A stretch of DNA of 63,990 bases, filler included. It is 3 parts of 3 records of this genome, joined end to end, with 100 filler letters (N's around TTAATTAATTAA, not from the genome) between each part and the next. Parts side by side here need not be neighbours in the genome. Positions count along the whole stretch, not along the records: positions 1 to 28,298 come from SRR20825010_2225; 2 more parts are not named here. One strand, written 5' to 3'. Below the pieces are notes generated by a model that saw only the letters and a program-made list of their open reading frames with translations, was not told the origin of the DNA and ran no database searches. This document shows, in pieces, positions 8,118 to 17,111 of the stretch. The first letter of the stretch is position 1. Each line of letters starts with the position of its first letter. Made by a program: the position numbers and the translations under genes.

Positions 8118-10157
8118 ATGGCAAATTTGCTTAATCATACATTTACAACGCCTTATCAAACGGCTCCTTTTTCAGCAATAAAAAACGAAGATTTTCTTCC
8201 TGCAATTCAAGAAGAGATTAAAAAAACAAAATCCGAAATTGATGAGATTACATCAAATTCGGAAACTCCTACTTTTGAAAATACTATTGAAGCTCTTGAA
8301 TTTTCGGGAGCTCAATTAGATAGAGTTACTTCCATCTTTTTTAACTTGAACAGCGCCGAAACCAATGAGGAAATTCAGAAATTAGCACAAGAAATCTCTC
8401 CTCTTTTATCGGAATTTGGAAATGACATCCGTTTAAACGAACAACTTTTTAAAAGAGTAAAAGCGGTTTGGGAAGCTCGCAAAGAACTTACGCTTTCTAA
8501 AGAACAGCAAATGCTTTTGGAAAAAACGTATAAAGGTTTTTCTAGAAATGGAGCAAATCTCCCTGAAGAAAAGAAATCCATTTTAAGAGATATCGATAAG
8601 AAATTATCCCAACTAAGTTTAAAATTTGGCGAAAATGTACTAGCAGAAACCAATGCTTTTGAACTTCATATTACTAATGAAGAAGAATTAAAAGGACTTC
8701 CAGAAAGTACGTTGGAAGCAGCTGCCGACGAAGCTAAATCTCGCAATAAAGATGGATGGGTTTTTACACTCAATTACCCTAGCTATATTCCTTTAATGAC
8801 GTATGCTGAAAACAGAGAACTCCGCAAAAAAATGTCGTTTGCATTTGGAAGCAAAGCATTTCAAGGGAACGAGTATGACAACCGAGAAAATGTAAAACAA
8901 ATTGTTCGATTAAGACAGCAAAGAGCAGCATTATTAGGTTATAAAACCCATGCGCATTTTATTTTGGAAGAACGCATGGCAAAATCTCCAGAAAAAGTAA
9001 CTACTTTTTTAGAAGAGCTTTTAGAAAAAGCAAAACCTGCGGCGCAACGAGAATTTAAACAATTAGAAAACTTTGCCAAAGAAGAAAACGGACTTGAAAA
9101 GCTCGAAAAATGGGACGGGGCTTTTTATACAGAAAAGCTAAAACAAAAGCTTTTTAATTTAGATGATGAAAAACTCAAGCCTTATTTTAAATTAGAAAAT
9201 GTTATTGATGGTGTTTTTACGGTTGCTGAAAAATTATATGGTCTTCAATTTGAAGAAACTAAGGAAGTAGACACCTATCATAAAGACGTAAAAACGTACA
9301 AAGTTTTAGACGAAAACGGCGAATTAACCGCTATTTTTTATGCGGATTTCCACCCACGTCCTGGAAAAAGAAATGGCGCTTGGATGACCGTTTATAAATC
9401 GCAATGGAAGAAAAATAACGACAACTCTCGTCCTCATATTTCTATTGTTTGCAATTTTACTAAACCTACCACTTCTAAACCTTCATTACTTACTTTTAAC
9501 GAAGTAACTACATTATTTCATGAATTTGGACACGCCTTACATGGAATGCTAGCAAATACCACCTATCCTAGCCTAAGTGGAACTAGTGTTTATTGGGATT
9601 TTGTAGAACTTCCTAGCCAAGTTTTAGAAAACTGGTGTTATGAAAAAGAGGCTTTAGAAATTTTTGCAAGACATTACCAAACTAATGAGGTTATTCCAAT
9701 GGAATTTGTTACAAAAATAAAGGAATCGGCTACTTTTATGGAAGGAATGCAAACGCTACGCCAATTAAGTTTTGGAATGCTAGACATGAGTTGGCACGGT
9801 ATTGACCCAAGTACTATTGAAGATGTAAAGGCGCATGAAAGTAAGGTTTTTGAAGCAACGAGTTTATATCCAGAAACTCCAGAAACATGTATGAGTACAG
9901 CTTTTTCACACATCTTTCAAGGTGGTTATTCTGCAGGGTATTACAGCTACAAATGGGCAGAAGTTTTAGATGCCGATGCTTTTGAGTTTTTTAAAGAAAA
10001 AGGTATTTTTAGTAAAGAAGTAGCTCAGAAATTTAAAGAAAATGTACTTTCTCAAGGAGGGACAGAAAACCCAATGGAGTTGTACAAACGTTTTAGAGGA
10101 AAAGAGCCACAACCAGAAGCTTTATTACGTAGAGCAGGATTGATTGAGAAAAAATAA
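8118..10157 (+). CDS. M3A family metallopeptidase (peptidyl-dipeptidase Dcp/oligopeptidase A-like)
   Basis: FHEFGHALH zinc motif, DFVELPSQ, GYSAGYYSYKWAEVLDADAF. Confidence 0.93.
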   Translation: MANLLNHTFTTPYQTAPFSAIKNEDFLPAIQEEIKKTKSEIDEITSNSETPTFENTIEALEFSGAQLDRVTSIFFNLNSAETNEEIQKLAQEISPLLSEFGNDIRLNEQLFKRVKAVWEARKELTLSKEQQMLLEKTYKGFSRNGANLPEEKKSILRDIDKKLSQLSLKFGENVLAETNAFELHITNEEELKGLPESTLEAAADEAKSRNKDGWVFTLNYPSYIPLMTYAENRELRKKMSFAFGSKAFQGNEYDNRENVKQIVRLRQQRAALLGYKTHAHFILEERMAKSPEKVTTFLEELLEKAKPAAQREFKQLENFAKEENGLEKLEKWDGAFYTEKLKQKLFNLDDEKLKPYFKLENVIDGVFTVAEKLYGLQFEETKEVDTYHKDVKTYKVLDENGELTAIFYADFHPRPGKRNGAWMTVYKSQWKKNNDNSRPHISIVCNFTKPTTSKPSLLTFNEVTTLFHEFGHALHGMLANTTYPSLSGTSVYWDFVELPSQVLENWCYEKEALEIFARHYQTNEVIPMEFVTKIKESATFMEGMQTLRQLSFGMLDMSWHGIDPSTIEDVKAHESKVFEATSLYPETPETCMSTAFSHIFQGGYSAGYYSYKWAEVLDADAFEFFKEKGIFSKEVAQKFKENVLSQGGTENPMELYKRFRGKEPQPEALLRRAGLIEKK

Positions 10158-10160
10158 AGC

Positions 10161-10178
10161 CCCTCATTGAGGGATTTT
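10161..10178 (+). terminator. Short hairpin CCCTC-ATT-GAGGG-ATTTT directly after the M3 gene; same form as the 3' hairpin of the dispersed element
   Basis: Stem CCCTC/GAGGG followed by ATTTTATT. Confidence 0.45.
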
Positions 10179-10322
10179 ATTATGAGCATAGCCTGTGTTT
10201 AGCTTAGCTAAAAATCACTTCCACATGAGTGGATCAATAAAGCAAAGGTGTTAAAAGGTTCTGATTTCTCACATAACTATATAAGATGTTGAAAATCAAT
10301 TATTTATCATAGAATAATTCGC

Positions 10323-11270
10323 ATGAAACTACAAACACAAATTCCATTAAAACCACTAGAAAACTCAATAGATTATAATGCTAAAGTGTTTTTAATGGGA
10401 TCTTGTTTTGTAGAGAATATTGGAAAAAAATTTTCGTATTATAAATTTCAATCGCTTGTCAATTCATTTGGAATTATTTTTCATCCAAAAGCGATTGAAA
10501 ATTTAATTTCCAGAATAATTCAGCAAAAAAAGTTCACCAAAGAAGATGTTTTCTTTTTAAATGAACGCTGGCACTGTTTTGAAGTTCATTCGGTATTGAG
10601 TAATCCCTCCGAAGAAATATTTTTAAACAAGCTCAATGAAATTCTAGAAGAGTCATTTTCTTTTTTAAAAACAGCCTCTCATATAGTTTTTACTTTGGGT
10701 ACTGCTTGGGGTTATGAGAATAAAGAAAGTGCTAATTTAGTTGCTAACTGCCATAAGGTACCGCAAAAAAACTTTAATAAAGTACTTTTTAATGCAATTG
10801 AGATTGAAGCATCTCTTAAAATAATTACCCGTTTAATAAAAGAAATCAACCCTAAAGCTGCTATACTATTTACGGTTTCTCCAGTGAGACACCTTAAAGA
10901 TGGTTTTATAGAAAATCAACGTAGTAAAGCGCATTTAATAACTGCAATTCACCAAATTATAGAAAAGGATACTTCCATTTCTTACTTTCCTTCTTACGAA
11001 ATTATGATGGATGAATTACGAGATTATCGTTTTTATGCAGAAGACATGATACATCCTAACAAAACGGCCATAAATTACATTTGGGAAAAGTTTAAAGAAA
11101 CAGCCGTTGCTTCTTCTTGTACAAATACGATGAAGGAGGTTGAAAAAATTCAAAGCGGATTATCACATCGCCCTTTCAATACGGAAAGTGATGAATTTAA
11201 AAAATTTCAAGAAAAACTTCAGCAGAAAATTGTGTATCTTTCAGAAAAACATCCACATATAACATTCTAA
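10323..11270 (+). CDS. GSCFA domain protein (SGNH-like)
   Basis: GSCFV motif, TLGTAW, ANCHKVP, TVSPVRH, YFPSYEIMMDELRDYRFY, DMIHP. Confidence 0.92.
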   Translation: MKLQTQIPLKPLENSIDYNAKVFLMGSCFVENIGKKFSYYKFQSLVNSFGIIFHPKAIENLISRIIQQKKFTKEDVFFLNERWHCFEVHSVLSNPSEEIFLNKLNEILEESFSFLKTASHIVFTLGTAWGYENKESANLVANCHKVPQKNFNKVLFNAIEIEASLKIITRLIKEINPKAAILFTVSPVRHLKDGFIENQRSKAHLITAIHQIIEKDTSISYFPSYEIMMDELRDYRFYAEDMIHPNKTAINYIWEKFKETAVASSCTNTMKEVEKIQSGLSHRPFNTESDEFKKFQEKLQQKIVYLSEKHPHITF

Positions 11271-11271
11271 T

Positions 11272-11892
11272 ATGCGAAAAGTTCTTTTCGGAATCATCAT
11301 CACTTTACTTATTTTATGGACGTATCAATTGTACAAACGCTATGATGAACGTTCTAAATACCTAAAAGAAAATACCGCTTTAATTCAGCAAGAAATAAAA
11401 AATGTTAGCAAATTAATTGTTACTGAAGGACACTTTTCACAAGTATATAATTACAAACAATCAGAAAAAATATTTGCTAATTTATTAACTACCGAAAAAA
11501 AGGCATTGGTAGTAGTAAATGCAGAAGTAACAGTTGCTTACGACCTCAGTAAAATAAATTTTGATGTAGATGAAGAACATCAAACTCTTTATATTACCGA
11601 TATCCCAGCTCCTGAAATTAAAATCTTCCCCGACTTAAAATACTACGATATTTCTGGAGATTATTTGAATCCGTTTAACGCAAACGATTTTAATAAAATA
11701 AAAGATGAAGTCCATATTGCCATTGGAAAAAGAATTGATAATTCTAACCTAAAAGAAAATGCTGAAAACAGATTAATTAGCGAATTATCTCGCTTCTATG
11801 TTCTCACAAATTCTTTAGGATGGAAATTGGTTTACAATAAACAAACAATTACAGACGGAAAAGAATTAGAAAAACTCAATTTTAAGCAATAA
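11272..11892 (+). CDS. DUF4230 family membrane-anchored protein
   Basis: N-terminal TM segment, KLIVTEG, KKALVVVNAEVTVAYDLSK. Confidence 0.8.
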   Translation: MRKVLFGIIITLLILWTYQLYKRYDERSKYLKENTALIQQEIKNVSKLIVTEGHFSQVYNYKQSEKIFANLLTTEKKALVVVNAEVTVAYDLSKINFDVDEEHQTLYITDIPAPEIKIFPDLKYYDISGDYLNPFNANDFNKIKDEVHIAIGKRIDNSNLKENAENRLISELSRFYVLTNSLGWKLVYNKQTITDGKELEKLNFKQ

Positions 11893-11937
11893 TCATGCAT
11901 AAATTCTCTATATTTAAGAAATTATACTAAGACAATA

Positions 11938-12060
11938 ATGACTTTGAAAGGTAAAAGAATAAATATAGCTACGGTGATTATGTGCATATCTACAGTAGTA
12001 ATTTTGGTATATATAGCAGGGTACTTTTTAGGAAAGACTTTATATTATGTCTTACATTAA
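11938..12060 (+). CDS. Small 40-aa single-pass membrane protein, absent from the ORF track (MTLKGKRINIATVIMCISTVVILVYIAGYFLGKTLYYVLH)
   Basis: ATG at 11938 to TAA at 12060, open throughout; basic N-terminus plus a ~22-aa hydrophobic helix; fills the gap between co-oriented genes. Confidence 0.6.
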   Translation: MTLKGKRINIATVIMCISTVVILVYIAGYFLGKTLYYVLH

Positions 12061-12072
12061 GTTATAAGAAAT

Positions 12073-12573
12073 ATGCTAACTAACCAAGAGGCAAAATATC
12101 TATTGGATTTAGAAAAGGTTTTAATCAACCCGAATCAAACAATAGACCTATCGAAAAAGAAAAATAGATTGGAATTGATTTCTCATCAAGATTCAGACCA
12201 CAACTTTTTGGTTGAAATTACAACCAACCAGAAAATAATACTTAAAACTTCGATACATCATTTAGAAAGTAACTTTTATGTTGGGCTTTTAAGAATTGAT
12301 TACAGAGGAGGACATCACAATCCTACAAATATACTACCAACTTTACCTGATATTCTAATTCCGTATGCAGATAAATGGTTTAATCCAACCGAATCTCATA
12401 TGCACATTTATGTTGAAGATTACAGACCTTTGGCTTGGGCAATTCCATTATCTGATATTGATTTCCCTATTAAAGATATTACTCAACCATCTGACTTATC
12501 GGATTTAATATTTAACTTTGCCCGAAGAATAAATTTAAAATCATTAATTAATATTCAACAATCAATACTTTGA
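12073..12573 (+). CDS. DUF6978-like protein, first gene of a two-gene module
   Basis: MLTNQEAKYLLDLEK start, LLRIDYRGGHHNP and HMHIYVEDY..LAWAIP motifs recalled for this family. Confidence 0.7.
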   Translation: MLTNQEAKYLLDLEKVLINPNQTIDLSKKKNRLELISHQDSDHNFLVEITTNQKIILKTSIHHLESNFYVGLLRIDYRGGHHNPTNILPTLPDILIPYADKWFNPTESHMHIYVEDYRPLAWAIPLSDIDFPIKDITQPSDLSDLIFNFARRINLKSLINIQQSIL

Positions 12574-13352
12574 ATTGGGTAAATACATATGTGGACAATT
12601 ATTACAATTGGTTAAGAGAAAAAACTTTTATCCAAAAGGACTCTACCACCGATTGGCATCTAATAAATACCCCTTTTGTTGGAGCATTTAATGACACGAT
12701 TGAGATTTATGCTCAAAAAAATGGAAATCATTTAAAATTAAGCGATAATGGAGAGACAATGTCTAATTTAGAACTTCAAGGTCTACATATTCAAGGTTCA
12801 AAAAGACGTAGAGCAATTTTAGATACAATACTTTTAAACTATGGGGTTAGAGCAGAAAATGATGAATTAACTATTGAAGCAAACAGTGATAATTTTTCAC
12901 AATCAAAGCATAACTTTCTTTCAGCAATAATTGAGATCAATGATTTATATGTATTATCAAAACATAATGTTGCTTCTATTTTCAAAGAAGATGTTAGGGA
13001 TTATTTAGATTCTCTAGATATAATTTATACCCCTGATTTTATATCTAAAGGGACAACAGGATTGGAATTTAATTTTGATTTTCAAATTGCAAAAAAAGAT
13101 AAAGAAATTGTCATTAAATCATTTAATACAATTAACAAATCGAATTTACCAACCTTTCTTTTTTCATGGGACGACATAAAACCAGTTCGAGAGAAAATCA
13201 CAAAAAAGAATGTAAACGCAATTGCTATCATCAATGACATAGGTAAAGAAATTAAAACGGAATTTTTAGATGCACTTAAAGCAAAAAATGCTAACTATAT
13301 TCTGTGGTCTGAACGTGAATCGGAAAAAAGTAAAGAACTTATATCTGTTTAA
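12570..13352 (+). CDS. DUF1828/DUF1829-like protein
   Basis: YYNWLRE, INTPFVGAFNDTIEIY, LSDNGET (DUF1828-like); FKEDV and GTTGLEFNFDFQI (DUF1829-like); TTG start overlaps the upstream TGA stop. Confidence 0.8.
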   Translation: MNWVNTYVDNYYNWLREKTFIQKDSTTDWHLINTPFVGAFNDTIEIYAQKNGNHLKLSDNGETMSNLELQGLHIQGSKRRRAILDTILLNYGVRAENDELTIEANSDNFSQSKHNFLSAIIEINDLYVLSKHNVASIFKEDVRDYLDSLDIIYTPDFISKGTTGLEFNFDFQIAKKDKEIVIKSFNTINKSNLPTFLFSWDDIKPVREKITKKNVNAIAIINDIGKEIKTEFLDALKAKNANYILWSERESEKSKELISV

Positions 13353-13358
13353 AATACT

Positions 13359-13413
13359 ACTTAACAATAGTATTAGTTATTGCTAAAAAATACAACTACT
13401 CATAGCTGAGACC
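13359..13413 (+). repeat. Degenerate attC-like imperfect palindrome
   Basis: RYYYAAC (ACTTAAC) 6 nt after the stop codon, then imperfect arms AGTATTAGTTATTG / CAACTACTCATAGCT; ends GAGACC without a GTTRRRY core. Confidence 0.4.
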
Positions 13414-13446
13414 AAAATAACCACACACTTTTCAAACAGTCAAAAA

Positions 13447-15126
13447 TTAATTTTTGATTCTTTCCTTCACCCAATTCAAAAATTCGTTTTTAAAATCTTT
13501 TACATCCCAAGATTTTCCCTTAGCCATATCATTACTCTTTTCTACAACCGAATTATTTTCGGTTTTCTGATAATGAATACTAATTTTTTCGTCAGAAGAG
13601 GTACTCCAGTAGGTTTCTTTGTATAAAATCATGCCGTTATCTCCAATTTTAACAATTCGGGCACTATAATTACCTCCTCCAGTTTTAGAAGTATAAATAG
13701 CCGACTTATTATCTTTATCAATTAAAATATACGGTGCCATTGAAGGACCTGTAAAAGCTTCATTTTTGACAAAAGTATTCGACTCAGGATTGTACAAATA
13801 AACAGCATACGTAGCATTTCTATTTAAATCAAACCCTTCTGGAAAACTCAAATCTGTATACCCATCAAAGTTTATATCGAAATCGGAAACCTTATAATCT
13901 TGCTCAGATAAATCGCCAATATTAATTGGCTTTTTAATAGGCGAAAGAGGAGCTTCAAAAACAAAAGTAGTATCTTCAACCTTTATCAATTCCTTCTTTG
14001 ACACAGAAACTTCAATAGTAGTTGGATTGGCATTTGTTTTACGCGTATACCGGACCGAATATCGCCATTTAGCATCCATTTTATTGATAGAAAAAGGCTG
14101 ACTATAAACAAAAAATGTAGTGTCTATTAAAGACCTATAATACTGAGGATAGGTGTTTTCAAGGTTAAAAGAATCTATTGCTTTTAGCGTAAATTTAAAG
14201 TCCTTATTATAATGATATTGCTTAATTATTGAATCTATGTTATATGCCACTACATGCTTAGAATTTTTGTCTTGTTTTTCTGAAACTTCAAAAGTTTTAA
14301 AAACCGAATCATTGACAAATGCACTAGAATATTTGGTAGTTTTATCTATAGATTCACTTTTTCCACTAAGCGTAATATTAGTTAATACACTTGCAGTATC
14401 TTGAATAATTAATTTTTCGAGCACACTAGTACTGTCCACAAAATAATAGGTGTTTAAAGCAGTAGCATCTTGTATATCTAACAACCCATTTGAACGATAA
14501 ATTCTAGCGCCGCTAGCCAAGGTATCTAAAATAGAATCTCCTTTAATTAACCTATCTTTTCTAATGGTAAAAAACTTATTCTTATTCTCTACAGTATATT
14601 TAAATTCTTTTTTTGGTAACAAATCGTAGTAAAAATTTGCGGTGCGTGTTGCTTTTCTTATAGAAATTGGGGTGTCTCCAAAATCAATATCGTAGGCACT
14701 AAAATTAGCATTTGTTACACTGTGTGTGTATATTTTATAACGATTCTTAGAAGATTTATCTATTCTAAAAACATTTCCATCAATTCGAGAAGTAATTGTT
14801 TTATTATCCTTAATAATAGCAGTTTGTTTAAACTCTTGTAATTTTCCTAAATGTTTTACTTTTCCGTAAAGATTCATCACTATAAAAGCAGAATCTTTTG
14901 GCCTTTTTATTTTTGCCAGATAATAAATAGAGTCTTCTGTTGAGAGTTGGTTATTCTTAGCTCTCAACATATCTTTAACCCGCTGCTCATCGGTAATTAC
15001 TCGTTCTTTCTTTTGAAGAAGTCTTAGAGAATCGGCTTCTGTAGCCAGTCTAGTTTTATGAGTGTCATCATTTTTACATGCTACATTAGCCAAAATGAAA
15101 CCGATAATAAATAAGTATTTTTTCAA
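13447..15126 (-). CDS. Hypothetical lipoprotein, beta-rich, with a C-terminal DxNFDGYTD Ca-binding-like motif
   Basis: 559-aa ORF with TTG start, lipobox LANVAC, DINFDGYTDL. Confidence 0.7.
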   Translation of the reverse strand: MKKYLFIIGFILANVACKNDDTHKTRLATEADSLRLLQKKERVITDEQRVKDMLRAKNNQLSTEDSIYYLAKIKRPKDSAFIVMNLYGKVKHLGKLQEFKQTAIIKDNKTITSRIDGNVFRIDKSSKNRYKIYTHSVTNANFSAYDIDFGDTPISIRKATRTANFYYDLLPKKEFKYTVENKNKFFTIRKDRLIKGDSILDTLASGARIYRSNGLLDIQDATALNTYYFVDSTSVLEKLIIQDTASVLTNITLSGKSESIDKTTKYSSAFVNDSVFKTFEVSEKQDKNSKHVVAYNIDSIIKQYHYNKDFKFTLKAIDSFNLENTYPQYYRSLIDTTFFVYSQPFSINKMDAKWRYSVRYTRKTNANPTTIEVSVSKKELIKVEDTTFVFEAPLSPIKKPINIGDLSEQDYKVSDFDINFDGYTDLSFPEGFDLNRNATYAVYLYNPESNTFVKNEAFTGPSMAPYILIDKDNKSAIYTSKTGGGNYSARIVKIGDNGMILYKETYWSTSSDEKISIHYQKTENNSVVEKSNDMAKGKSWDVKDFKNEFLNWVKERIKN

Positions 15127-15178
15127 ACTGAATAAGTAATTGAATTTGGATAAAAATATAAAATCTTTTTAAAGCGAC

Positions 15179-16933
15179 CTATTTCACCAATGCATCGTTT
15201 ACTAATGAAATCCCATCGTCTATTAAATGCCCTACTGTAGGTCGGTTTCTTTTTACCGATTCGAGATGATTCAGAATTTCCTCAGAAAAATCATCATCTC
15301 CATTATTTTTTGCAAGTTCATAAAGCTCAACAGACAACAACCAGTCCTCTGGATAAAATTCTTGTAATTGCTCAAAAACCTTATGTCTTGAAATCGTTAT
15401 ATTTTCCCCTTCCCTATATTCGCGCACTTGTAAATATAACGTTTCAAGCATCTTGGTATTATTATTTTTTTGCTTTTTTGTTTCTTCAGAATGGCTATGT
15501 GTTATTAAATCAAAACTATTTACATCTGCGGGGCCATTATAAGCGGAGATTGCTTCTTTCCCAACAGCAAGATTATAAATACCTTGTGAAGGTTCAAATA
15601 AAACTTCGCCTTTATGTTTTACAGTACAATTATCAAAACTAATAAGTATAATTTTACCCATTAAATTCCGAGTTCCAGTAATAATAGTTCCAGAAACAGT
15701 TACACCGCCTTCAAACTCCAAATCCACTTGATGTCCTTCATAAATATTATACGCCTTTAAATCTCTAGGGCTCATATCTTCAATAGCTAGGTTTATCCCC
15801 TTAAGTTTTCCTAACGGACTCCCAAATCCTTGTTGATACTTTTCTATTCCGTGCCCAACCAATTCTTTGTCTCTGTAAGAAAGCGCTGTCTCTTTTTCTG
15901 TTTGAAAATAAATAGGCTTCCCTTCAAACTCGATTACATTTGAAAAAGTTCCTGAAATCTGAATTCCAGTACTTAATTCCACAGTTCCTAAAGCGTTAGA
16001 ATTTATTAGTTTTAGCATCCCTTTCAAGCCTCCTTTTCGGAGCGCCATTGTATTAGCAAATTCCTCCAAAATCAAACTTAGATATGCAAAATCTGGGGTA
16101 ATATAAAGCTGCGGTTGTGGTTTTGTAATATCAAAATCTTGGTATGCCGCCTGCATATTATATGGTACTTTTTTTACAGCATCCGTCATACACCACTTAC
16201 TTTCTCCAATAGAAGACAATAAACCAGCACCATAAATTTTTGGATTATCAAATGTTCCAATTAAACCATACTCAACCGTCCACCAATGTAAATTTCTGAT
16301 TAAAGACATTTCACTAGGCTCTCCCATATTCTGCTGCAAATCTTCCACTCGCTTTTCAGCTTTTTCAATTTCGGAAGCAGTAGTTCCATCGGCTTCTTTT
16401 ATAATAGAAAGATGGCGTATAGCCTCATACATTTCATAATCTTTTGCACTAGAAATTGCTTTACATCCAATCTCTCCAAAACGTCTTAAATACTCTGCAT
16501 ACTCTGGATTTGCAATAATAGGTGCATGTCCTGCCCCTTCATGAATAATATCTGGCGCAGGGGTGTATTCTATATTTTCAAGCTGTCTAATATCCGAAGC
16601 TATTACTAACACATTATAAGCTTGGAACTCCATAAAAGCATTTGGAGGGATAAAACCATCTACTGCAACGGCTGCCCATCCTATGTCTTTCAATATTCTA
16701 TTCATTCCATACATACTTGGAATTCGATCGATAGAAATCCCTGTTTTTTGCAAACCTTCTGTATATGATTTATGCGCAACCTTACTTAAATAATTCACAT
16801 TCTTACGCATCACATAACGCCACACCGCTTGATTTATAGAAGTGTAATCGTTATAGTTCTGAGGCTTTATAAATTGCTTTAAATGTTTTGGTAAACGATC
16901 TAATAATGGATTGCTTTTATAACCGGTTTGCAT
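15179..16933 (-). CDS. Aromatic amino acid hydroxylase (phenylalanine 4-hydroxylase-like, long form)
   Basis: YTPAPDIIHEGAGH iron-ligand motif, WWTVEYGL, IYGAGLLSSIGE; about 290-aa C-terminal extension. Confidence 0.9.
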   Translation of the reverse strand: MQTGYKSNPLLDRLPKHLKQFIKPQNYNDYTSINQAVWRYVMRKNVNYLSKVAHKSYTEGLQKTGISIDRIPSMYGMNRILKDIGWAAVAVDGFIPPNAFMEFQAYNVLVIASDIRQLENIEYTPAPDIIHEGAGHAPIIANPEYAEYLRRFGEIGCKAISSAKDYEMYEAIRHLSIIKEADGTTASEIEKAEKRVEDLQQNMGEPSEMSLIRNLHWWTVEYGLIGTFDNPKIYGAGLLSSIGESKWCMTDAVKKVPYNMQAAYQDFDITKPQPQLYITPDFAYLSLILEEFANTMALRKGGLKGMLKLINSNALGTVELSTGIQISGTFSNVIEFEGKPIYFQTEKETALSYRDKELVGHGIEKYQQGFGSPLGKLKGINLAIEDMSPRDLKAYNIYEGHQVDLEFEGGVTVSGTIITGTRNLMGKIILISFDNCTVKHKGEVLFEPSQGIYNLAVGKEAISAYNGPADVNSFDLITHSHSEETKKQKNNNTKMLETLYLQVREYREGENITISRHKVFEQLQEFYPEDWLLSVELYELAKNNGDDDFSEEILNHLESVKRNRPTVGHLIDDGISLVNDALVK

Positions 16934-16995
16934 ATGCTTTGTTTTAGATTTTTAAAAATACAAAACCTTACGAAAACGTTGTCTTAAAATGAACA

Positions 16996-17003
16996 CAAAG
17001 ATA
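16996..17003 (-). promoter_or_regulatory. Bacteroidota -7 element TATCTTTG upstream of the hydroxylase
   Basis: Plus-strand CAAAGATA, about 60 nt upstream of the ATG at 16933. Confidence 0.55.
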
Positions 17004-17111
17004 TTTTTCAACTTAAATAATGCTATTAGACTTAAAATTAGTTTGTTAAAAAAAATTCTCAACCTAATCTAAAAATTATTACATTTATCAAAATTTACCA
17101 AAATTTATAAA

